DNA of 31,619 nucleotides. Origin: Chiloscyllium plagiosum (Eukaryota). The translations under genes were made by a program, and so were the position numbers. The notes beneath the pieces are model-generated. The model saw only the letters and a list, made by a program, of their open reading frames with translations, ran no database searches and was not told where the DNA came from. Of this stretch, positions 22,588 to 31,619 are shown one piece after another. The DNA lies in NCBI RefSeq assembly GCF_004010195.1, contig NC_057757.1:5432430-5464048 (forward strand). Reading direction: 5' to 3'. The number at the start of each line of letters is the position of its first letter. Position 1 is the first letter of the stretch.

Positions 22588-23118
22588 TGTGGAGCATCTG
22601 AGGCTGAGGGGTAACTTTTTTTTTATATATAGAGGTTTACAAAATCGTGAGGGGCATGGATAGGATAAATAGACAGTCTTTTCCCTGGGGTGGGGGAGTC
22701 CAGAACTAGAGGGGCATAGGTTTGGTGTGAGAGGGGAAAGGTATGAGACCTAAAGGGCAACTTTTTCATGCAGGGGGTGGTGAGTGTATGGAATGAGCTG
22801 TCAGAGGAAGTGGTGGAGGCTGGTACAATTGGACCACTTTAAAAGGCATTTGGGTGGGTATATGAATAGGAAGGGTTGGGGGGGGGGAGGGGGAGAGAGG
22901 AGATATGGGCCGGGTGCTGGCAGGTAGGACTAGATTGGGTTGGGATATCTGGTTGGCATGGACCGGCTGGACAGAAGGGTCTGTTTCCATGCTGTACATC
23001 TGACAGATTTGGTCACTGTTATCACCATTACATTTCTTTGGTATATATTTTTGTACCAGGAGTAATACATGGGTATCTAAACATGGACTGGTTGGGCAGA
23101 AGGGTCTGTACTGTATGA
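22588..23118 (+). mobile_element. CR1-type LINE 3' fragment
   Basis: ggagcatctgaggctgagggg...gggtctgtttccatgctgtacatc. Confidence 0.8.
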
Positions 23119-23269
23119 CCCTATGCTGTAAGGGCTGTCTGTTGCCTCACTCAGACTGTCTTGCTGTTGAAGTGAGCATCCTGTTGGAAATGTTCTATTG
23201 TATGCTTTGTAGCTTTTTCCTCTTTTACAATCTGTAAGATGACTGATAGAGTAGGGAGACCATGTCTGA

Positions 23270-23420
23270 GATGCTCAGCCTTAAGTGGAGTCGCAGGTAG
23301 ATAGGATAGTGAAGGAGGTGTTTGGTATGCTTTCCTTTATTGGTCAGGATGCTCAGCCTTAAGTGGAGTCGCAGGTAGATAGGATAGTGAAGGAGGTGTT
23401 TGGTATGCTTTCCTTGGTCC
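23270..23420 (+). repeat. Tandem duplication, 78-bp period, at the 5' junction of a CR1 fragment
   Basis: gatgctcagccttaagtggagtcgcagg...gctttcctt starts at 23270 and again at 23348. Confidence 0.9.
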
Positions 23421-23995
23421 GTACGGAGTACAGGAGTGGGGAAGTCATGTTACAGCTGTACAGGACATTGGTTAGGCCACTGTTGGAATATTGTGTGCAA
23501 TTCTGGTCTCCTTCCTATCGGAAAGACGTTGTGAAACTTGAAAGGGTTCAGAAAAGATTTACAAGGATGTTGCCAGGGTCGAAGGGTTTGAGCTACAGGG
23601 AGAGGCTGAATAGGTTAGGGCTGTTTTCCCTGGAGCATCGGAGGCTGAGGGGTGACCTTTTATAGAGCTTTATAAAAGCATGAGGGGCACAGATAGGATA
23701 AATAGGCAAAGATTTTTTTTCCCTGGGGTCAGGGAGTCCAGAACTAGAGGGCATAGGTTTAGGGTGAGAGGGGAAAGGTATTAAAAAACCTAAGGGGTAA
23801 CATTTTCAGAGGGTGGTGAGTGTATGGGATGAGCTGTCAGAGGATGTGTTAGAGGCTGGTACAATTACAACGTTTAAGAGTCATCCGCTTGGGTATATGA
23901 TTAGGAAGGGTTTGGAGGCATATGGGCCGGGTGCTGGCAGGTGGGACTAGATTAGGTTAGGCCGAAGGGTTTGTTTCCGTGCTGTACGTCTGTGA
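23280..23995 (+). mobile_element. CR1-type LINE 3' fragment
   Basis: ORF 23363-23665 LYRTLVRPLLEYCVQFWSP...LERVQKRFTRM...LFSLEHRRLRGDL is the CR1 ORF2 C-terminus. Confidence 0.9.
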
Positions 23996-24414
23996 CTGAG
24001 GCCAAAGCTGGAGTACTGTGTGCACTTCTGTGCCCCTACCCTACAGGAAGGATGGGATTGCACTGGGGGGGTGGGGTGCGGAGTAGATCAGCCTGGGGCG
24101 GGGTGTTTCAGCGACTGAGTGAGGCTGGATAAGCTCAGGTTGTTTTCTTCGGAGCAGAGAAGGCCGAGGTGGATAGGAAACGGTTCCCTGCACTCGAGAG
24201 GTCACTGTTTAAAGTGAGGGGGCAGCAGGGTTCAGTGAGGAAATCTGCATTCACCCAGAGGCTAGAAAGCTCTGCCTAGTAGGCTAATAGGGATAGGGAA
24301 CCTTCTTGGGGAGGGGGAAATAAAGTACTTGGATGAGCATTTAATGTCAACTGTGGGCCCAGTGGAAATGGGCTAGCACAGACTCAATGGGTCAAAGAGT
24401 ATGCATAAAAAGGC

Positions 24415-24600
24415 CCTATGTGCAGGTTAGGGTGGATTGGCCATGTTAAATAGTCACATAGGCATGTGCAGGCTAGGTGGGTTAGCCATGGGGAGGGGTT
24501 ATTAGGATAGGGGTGGGGGTTGGCGGGTGGGATGCCCTTCAGAGGGACAGTGTGGACTCAATGGGCTGAATGGCCTGCTTCCACCCTCTCGGGATTCCGC
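24415..24600 (+). mobile_element. HE1/V-SINE-type SINE, 3' part only
   Basis: tgtgcaggttagggtggattggccatg...gggctgaatggcctgcttccac. Confidence 0.7.
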
Positions 24601-25237
24601 ATACCCTGACAAATTGCCCTTTTCCCTCAGTGCAGCACCCCCCCCCCCCCCCCCGGTCAGAAACACTGCCATCTCCTCATGAGCAAGGGCTTGGTCTGTC
24701 CAGTTTTAACCATTTGCTGTTGTTTCCAAAAGCAGCGTCTGGTCTGGAGGCATGTGTTTTTCCCCCCTGAGCTCCTACTATCCACTGGCCTGACCACCAA
24801 GATCCCAGTGGGGTCTTGCTGTGCACACTTCCCAATTTCAAAGGTGGGACATCTCTGCTTAACGCTCTATGTTGAGGGGCAGGGGAATGTTTTATTTTTG
24901 CAGCAGATGCTATATAAATGCCCCATCTCTCTCCAGATTTGGAGGTGCTTGCTGTTCTGTCTGTGTGCCAGGAGATGGCGCCCATTCCTCTGTGCCACTT
25001 GACAACCACCACAACAACAACTTTGTATATTTAGATAGCATTGTTAACTTGGCACCTGCCAAGTTTATGAAACGAATGATCCTTTGTTTTCTTTTTCAAA
25101 ATCAGAAAAGGTTAAGATCCAAAGAGCCTTTGATCTGAGGGGCTAAGGGAGGGAATTCCACAGCCTGTACCCCATGTATAAGATGCCCCCAGGGGGTATG
25201 GTGCTGGAAATGCACTGAGCTCTGCTGGAGGTGTTAG

Positions 25238-25503
25238 GTGGGTCAGTGGTTAGCACTGCTGCCTCACAGCGCCAGGGACCCAGGTTCGATTCCAGCCTCA
25301 GGCGACTGTCTGTGTGGCATTTGCACGTTCTCCCTGTGTCGGCGTGGGTTTCCTCCCACAGTCCAAAAATGTGCAGGTTAGGGTGGACTAGCCATGGGAA
25401 ACGCAGGCTTAGAAGGATAGGGTGGTAGAGTGGGATGCTGTTTGGAGGGTCGGTGTGGACTCAACGGGCCGCATGCCCTGCTTCCATGGGTATAGAGATT
25501 CTG
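25238..25503 (+). mobile_element. HE1/V-SINE-type SINE
   Basis: B box GGTTCGATTCC, core and tail present. Confidence 0.85.
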
Positions 25504-26309
25504 CCATTGCGGAGAGGTTTTAGAATAGGTTTTAAAAGCAGCTCCCAATCAAGCAATGCCTTTTTTTAAAAAAAAATCAATCAGCTCTGGCCAATGCTGA
25601 GTCAAGATGCCAGCAGTAGAGTTTTAAACCAACTCAAGTTGGCAAGAGGAGTGCGGATGCGGGAAATGTGTTTGCAGTAGGTAGGAGCAACCATTTTGCA
25701 AAGGTTCAAGCAACAGACAAGGCACTGCTACAGACAGAATCTCTTCCTCCTCTTTACTGTCAAGCAAGAGGCCATTGTGGTCAACAACGCAATGGTGGAG
25801 GTTTGGGGGGGGGAGGGGAAGCTTCAACAAGATTTGTGAGTTGGGAGAAGTAATGTTTACGAGGCGTTTATACAGACACGTGAACGGGCAGAGAATAGAG
25901 GGATATGGTCCCAGTGCAGGCAGCTGGTTTCAGACATCATGGTTAGCACAGCCACAGTGGGCCGAAGGGCCTGCACCTGTGTTGTACTGTTCAAGTGCAA
26001 CGTGGGTATTTGTTTTTATCTTCTGCTCTGCCTCTCTTCAACAGTCTGCAACCCAATCATCTAGTAGCACCCCCCATTTAAGGTCAGGCATAGAAGCTAG
26101 GTTGGCCATTCAGCCCCTTTAGTCTGTTCCGCCCTTCGAGGTGGTACCTGATGCTCCACTGTGCATTCAGCAGCACGTGTAGAATTGAGACTCCTTTCTT
26201 GAAATGAAACTTGTGCGCTTTAAGTTTGTCCCCCTCTGGCCACCCCATGGGCTGAATACTCTGTTTCTGCACTGCATCCTTTCGGAGATGCCGTAAGGTT
26301 CCAGGAAGG

Positions 26310-26503
26310 AGAGAGTAGGGACTGCAGATGCTCGAGATCAGAGTCGAGAGTGTGGCGCTGGAGAAGCGCAGCTGGTCAGACAGCATCCGAGGAGCAGGAG
26401 AATCAACGTTTCAGGAATTCCTGATGAAGGGCTTATGCCTGAAACGTCGCTCCTCGGATGCTGCCTGACCTACTGTGCTTTTCCAGCACCACACTCTCGC
26501 CCT
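26310..26503. mobile_element. Palindromic non-autonomous Penelope-type element (family A)
   Basis: Inverted arms cgagagtgtggcgctggagaagcgcagctggtcagacagcatccgaggagc (from 26345) and gctcctcggatgctgcctgacctactgtgcttttccagcaccacactctcg (to 26499); candidate TSD 26297-26309 / 26504-26516. Confidence 0.75.
26421..26448 (+). ncRNA. Minimal type I hammerhead ribozyme core
   Basis: CTGATGA-A-GGGC-TTAT-GCCT-GAAAC-GTC: both conserved boxes, a helix II hairpin, palindromic ACGT in place of helix III, and a GUC cleavage triplet. Helix I is weak in this copy. Confidence 0.65.
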
Positions 26504-27234
26504 GATTCTAGGAAGGCCCTAACTTCTCTGTATACAGACCCGTGTGTGTGTGTATGTATATAGGGGTGGGGTGGGCACAGAGCATCTGTACTGCTGCTGT
26601 GCAGAGGCTATTCTGCCCATCTGTGTCTGTGCTGGATCTCGGAAAGCTTTTCACCACTTCTGCTTACCCCCCACCCCCCCCCCCAAATCTCTCCTCCCTG
26701 CTGTACAGGCAAAGGGGACCAGTACATGGGAACTGACACCACCCCTAAGCCTGGAGCAGTGATGTACCTTTTTCCTTCACTTCTCCTCCAAAACCTGAGC
26801 ACTGTTCACTACCGCTTGCCAAGTGTCCCACTCCTCTGAGTGTTCCTTCACCTCGTACTGTTGGGTTAGAGTTGGTGTGACCTGACTACCGTCAGGGGTT
26901 GGTTGGCAATGGTCACAGACCCACCCTTCCCCCACCCCAGGGCAACAGAGGATGGCCAATAAATGCCCTTCCAACAACAACTCTGCATTGGACATGCTGT
27001 TTTCATCAGCTCAATGCTATTGGAGCTGGTAACGGGGTATCCTCCTCCCCAGTCCCTTGATCTAAATGTTATCCCCTCCCCCCCCGCTCTAGAACAAGAT
27101 CATCATGCCGCCCCAAAGCGCTCTGCTAGGCCTGGGGTACAGCAAGATCCCACACTGTGATGCCAAGTAAATAGCAATGAGGTTGGGGCGGGGAGGGGCG
27201 AAACACAAGTTGCAACGGAGGGTGGATCTTGGAC

Positions 27235-27722
27235 GGATGGCTCAGTGGTTAGCACTGCTGCCTCACAGCGCCAGGGGCCCAGGTTCAATTCCAGCCTCGG
27301 GTGACTGTCCGTATGGAGTTTGCACATTCTCCCCGTGTCTGCGTGTGTTTCCTCCAGGTTTCCTCCCATAGTCCAAAGATGTGTAGGTCAGGATGGATTG
27401 GTCATGGGAAATTGTCCCATAGTGGCCAAGGATGTGCAGGTTAGGGTGGATTGGCCATGCTAAATTACCCCATAGTGTCCAGGCTCGGTGGGTTAGCCAC
27501 AGCAGATGCAGGGTTACAGGGATAGGGTGGCTTCCACACGGCCAGGATTCTGCAATTTCCTTTAGATAAAAGAGACTCTTCTTTCTGCCCATGATGACAA
27601 CCAGATGGGGTGGAGCTTAACACCATCTACAGCATTAACCCTTTCAGGTTCCTATTGGAAGGATGTTGTGCAGGTTAGGGTTGATTGACCATGGGAAATG
27701 CAAGGTTACAGGGATAGGGTAG
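27235..27722 (+). mobile_element. Composite element: HE1-type SINE + unique spacer + start of CR1 segment, then a SINE-core fragment
   Basis: Second, inverted copy of 5341-5690. Confidence 0.75.
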
Positions 27723-29172
27723 GTTCCCTCCCCTCCCCTTCCTCTCTTCTACTCCTCTCCTGAAAAATGGACCCAAGTCTCCTTTCCCCTCACTCCCCCT
27801 CCCACATCATTGGGGAATGATGTTTGTATCACCCCCCCCCCTGACCTGGTGTATGGGGGCAGGGGTATGTGGTGGGGGGCAGGGTAACTGGTTGGCAGGT
27901 TACCTTCACCAACCCCTGCCCACCTCGCCAACCACTCGTGCTCTTTTGTCCCAAGCTGTATGCGCACAGCCCACCTAGGTCCAACATCCAAGGGTGATGG
28001 TGGTGATGAGGAGAATAGTGTGGGTTTCAGGATTTCCCCACTCCCCAACAGGGGCAGTTGTTCCCATTCCCCCGTTTGATAGAGGGATTCTGATAGACTA
28101 AGTACTTCTCCCCACCCCCATCCTTCCATCCCCAAAACAAAAGGTGAAAGGAGTGAGGAACTACCACTGGGTCCTTGTTAGGAGAGGTCAGAGGTGAAAA
28201 GGTTAACCTCTGGAAGATCAGAGACTGAGCAGCTAACATGAGGCCTGCCGTGCTGACAGTCTCCTCCCACCCACAGCTCGAAACTGGCGTTGGAAAACCG
28301 GCCTAGTATTTGTAAGCTTTTGCAAAGCCTCACCACCCCCTCCCCCCCACTTCCTGGGGGGAGGAGTGGGGGGTGTTTGGCTTTCAGTCAAAAGGTCTTG
28401 CCCATGACCAGGGCCCTCATGTGACTGTGGCAGGAAAGGTGACCCCTCCCCCACTTGGGGGAACTGCTCGGCTTAGTCAGTGTATTTGCTGCCTAATGCT
28501 TTTCTTTACAATAAAAATACATAAAACATGAGAGAGCGTGAACACCACAGGGAACCGTGACACACTCACAGACGCAGAAATCCTAACACGAGGTGTTCCG
28601 AGAGAGTGTGATCCTATGCTTTCCCCTCCCTCACAACACCGTTGACTGCGCTATCCCCTCAGCTCCGAGAGAAATCCTTCAGTTCCACCGTTTCCAACAT
28701 GGCCGGCGCCATGACCGACTCCTCACACCAAGCCCCACCACCTCTGGTCACGGGATCTTGTTCTGTGGAAATCGAGGCTTCGGGCCTACCTGGGAAATGA
28801 TTCTAAGAACACAGGGTTGCAGAGCTTTCCTCTGGGGTTGGCACCCAAACAAAAAAATTGGCATTCATCTCCTTGCCAGGGTTGAGCGTCAGGTTAAAGG
28901 TCACCAGTAGGGCATCACCAGAAGTGGCAGAATGGTTTGCATGGAGCCAAGAACAAATTGAGGTAAATTCACGCATAGTGTTTGTCCCATTTTCTTCTCC
29001 CCTTCTCATCCCCAAACGAAAGCAGTCCAGATAAAAGCAGCACCGCCCGATTTCCTGGTTGCCATGGTTATGCTCTGTGTTTTGAAGCCTGCCAACAGGC
29101 CTCTGCTAGGCCGGAGTGAGCATTGTCACTCATTTGTAGGCCCCTGCCCTACTCTAGCACCGTCCCGGCCTT

Positions 29173-29357
29173 TCAGAGGGAGGTGTTCACCTTCTTGGCA
29201 ACCGCCCCGTCCTGGACCTGATGCTGCGCTGCCTGTAGGAGGCGGTACCGCTCCCTCAGGTTACGCCTGCGCACGTGCTCGTTGGTGATCTCCTGCACGT
29301 TCGCACTCGGGAACCAGCCCTTCTGCCCGGTTGACAACTTGCAGCCTTCGTACCAAC
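29173..29357 (-). CDS. ARHGEF15: Ephexin-family RhoGEF terminal exon: WYEGCKLSTGQKGWFPSANVQEITNEHVRRRNLRERYRLLQAAQHQVQDGAVAKKVNTSL*
   Basis: Minus-strand T-rich tract plus ccccag acceptor; 185 nt to TGA; SH3 GW..G...GWFP motif. Paralogue assignment rests on recalled similarity of the EHxRRRxLR tail to ARHGEF15. Confidence 0.82.
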
Positions 29358-30231
29358 CTGGGGACAGAAAAATAAAAAAAAAGGGCAGAATAGTGAAGCA
29401 GCCCGTAGGTTGCAATGATAGCCCACTGCTGAAACAAACTGCCTCACTCCCTCTCGGCTCTACCTCTGCCCCTCACCACTTCGTCTCAAATCCTCTCCCG
29501 ACAATTACCGCATTCCCTTTTTAAAAAAATGCACAATTGACAAATCGACAAATTAAAAAAGGTTTCCCATGCTCCCTCTGGTTGTATCTGACCCTCGTGT
29601 CTACTGATTTAAAAATTGGCACCCTCTGGAACCTTCTGCGAGACCTGTCAAACTTAAAAAAATCTTTAGGGCGAGGCGGTTTGTGTTTCTTTTATATATT
29701 AAAAAACAAATCCCTGACAGGGCCCTCGTTAAATATTTGAGTTAAGACTCTGATAAAAGGTTTCGGCCTAAGATATCAGGCTACTGGGACATCAGAAGCA
29801 GGAAATAAAAGAATTATTTTTGTTTGCAGTACCAAAAATGGAGCAATCCCAAATAATCCCACAAGGTTTACCTCGGAGGTTATTCCTATCTACTTCTGCA
29901 CTGGCTTTTACAGTTCACTCTGTACCAACGAGGCACCCTGGTCACAGGATCATCTCACCAAAACAATACTGTTGCTCACTACTCACTGAGCAGTGATTGC
30001 ATTAAAACTAGTTCTGTCTGTAAGATCCTGACAATACTCGTAGGTCTTCACTCCCTCCCAAACCTTATTCCCAAAACTAGAGACCTCACCCCCTCACATC
30101 GCTCAAAGTGTGCATCTTACAAAGCTGATATTTCAGATTTATGTGAGTGTGCCAGTATTTACAAGGTGGGGGAAGTTTGTGAGTATTTACTGGGCGGGGG
30201 TTCCCGGGGGGGAGGGGGGGAGTGTGTCAGT

Positions 30232-30302
30232 NNNNNNNNNNNNNNNNNNNNNNNNNNNNNNNNNNNNNNNNNNNNNNNNNNNNNNNNNNNNNNNNNNNNN
30301 NN
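30232..30302. other. Assembly gap (71 N) within a G-rich degenerate minisatellite (gtcagtattt...Gn, about 30145-30395)
   Basis: N run flanked on both sides by similar G-run units. Confidence 0.97.
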
Positions 30303-30433
30303 TATGTCAGTATTTAGGGGGGGGGCGAGGGGGGAGTATGTCAGTATTTTCAGGGAGGTCAGGATGGTGAATATTTTCTGGGGGGGAGGGGGGGTACGTG
30401 GCTAATCGCTCGGTCAAAGTGAAGCTGCCTCAC

Positions 30434-30538
30434 CCTCCGGCGATTTCCTGGTGATGTTGATAACGTCGGCCGGCTCCAAGCTGAGTTCATCCGTCTGCTG
30501 GGCCATGTAGGCAACCAGGCACTGGACCTGGGGGCAGT
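30434..30538 (-). CDS. ARHGEF15: Ephexin-family RhoGEF exon, SH3 N-half: (D)[34 protein letters not shown](G)
   Basis: Minus-strand acag acceptor after a (TC)n tract; GTGAGG donor at 30433; 105 nt; CPQVQC...Y.A...DELSL is the ephexin SH3 signature. Confidence 0.85.
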
Positions 30539-30546
30539 CTGTATCC

Positions 30547-30750
30547 GAGAGAGAGAGAGAGAGCGTGAGAGCGAGTGTGAGAGAGCGAGCGTGAGAGCGA
30601 GCGAGCGTGAGACACATACACATACACGCACACAGGGCCACAGACACACAGACTGAGGGACAGACACACACAGGGACACAGTGAGGGACAGACAGAGGGA
30701 CACACACACAGACGGACACTCAGATACACACACAGGGACACACAGAGTGA
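30547..30750 (+). repeat. (GA)n / (CA)n / GGGACACA low-complexity tract
   Basis: Read directly; the (GA)n part forms the polypyrimidine tract of the minus-strand exon starting at 30538. Confidence 0.9.
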
Positions 30751-31397
30751 ACAACTGACAATTCCTAACAGTCCACAGTTCCCTACACTAACTCCCGATT
30801 ACAACACACCTTGGCTCCCAGCCCTTTCCCACTCGCTCCCTGACCAGAGTCCTGATCCCTTCCCTCCCCAGTAGGTTCGGAGTTGTAGCGTCGCTGGAGA
30901 CAGAGCGTTTGGAAACAACGTGACCCAGTGCACAGTACGCTCTCCCAGCGGATCACCAGAAACCAGAGCAGGAGCGGACTGTTCGGCCCATCGAGCCAGC
31001 TCCGCCATTCCATACTAGCACAGAATGGTCGAGGTGTCTGATCTCAGTGTTCAACACCCGCCCGCTCCCCCATGAGATCAAACATCGATCGATTCCAGTC
31101 TCAATGACGGGGGGGTCTGCGTGTGTGTGCGCATGTGGGGCAGGGGGAGGGGGAGGCAAGAGAATTCCAGAGATACGCCAGCCTCCCAATTTTCTCCTCA
31201 TCGCAGTCTGGAAACAGTCAGTACCTTATCCTGAGATGTCCCCAATCAGCAGAGACCACCCCACCCCAGAGCCCACAATCCAATTTGCCCCGCGTGGGGT
31301 GCTACGTAAACGCAAGTTAGCTCCACCCGCACCCCCCCCCTTCGCTGGGCCAGCAGGAGAAGCTGCGCTGTGCAGGAAACCACAAACGTGATCTTAC

Positions 31398-31489
31398 CCC
31401 AGCGTTCGTAGATTTTGTCGTTGTCGGAATCTTCCAGAAGGTCCCGTTTGCCGGACATTAAGGCATCCACCCAGCGGTGCAGGTCAGAC
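31398..31489 (-). CDS. ARHGEF15: Ephexin-family RhoGEF exon, end of PH domain: SDLHRWVDALMSGKRDLLEDSDNDKIYERW
   Basis: Minus-strand ctcag acceptor and GTAAGA donor at 31397; 92 nt; RW..A motif typical of the PH terminal helix. Confidence 0.8.
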
Positions 31490-31619
31490 CTGAGGGCGGA
31501 AACGGGAGGAGTCGGGATACAATCAGATTGAAGACTGAGGGAGGGGGAGGAGACGGAGATGGAGACGGAACGGGGGGGGGGGAAGAGGGAGAGGAGACGG
31601 GGAGAGGGAGAGGGGGAGG

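Noticed and set aside
23363..23665. 100-aa ORF as a host gene
   Set aside because: It is the CR1 ORF2 C-terminal remnant, truncated by a stop.
29748..29780. Hammerhead-like ctgataaaaggtttcggcctaagatatcag
   Set aside because: Both catalytic boxes deviate and no flanking element arms are recognisable.

Overview
Eukaryotic genomic DNA from a cartilaginous fish, inferred from its repeat content (HE1/V-SINE-type SINEs, CR1/HER1-type LINE fragments, Penelope-derived palindromes); the species cannot be fixed from sequence alone. Two convergent spliced genes are present. On the + strand are the last 11 coding exons of SLC12A9 (CIP1, cation-chloride cotransporter family; 312-20584, all phases consistent, ending ...VTCTDL*). 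On the - strand are the last 3 coding exons of an ephexin-family RhoGEF, most likely ARHGEF15 (31489-29173; PH end, intact SH3, tail ...NTSL*). Most short ORFs in the supplied track are intronic or repeat noise. Points of interest: (i) palindromic Penelope-type elements carrying minimal hammerhead-ribozyme cores, best at 26421-26448; (ii) a 691-bp tandem duplication that creates a spliceable, frameshifting partial copy of an SLC12A9 exon; (iii) a U12-type branch point and acceptor at 291-311; (iv) a composite SINE-spacer-CR1 element present twice in inverted orientation; (v) an intact SH3 in an ARHGEF15-like gene; (vi) several short tandem duplications and a 71-N assembly gap.
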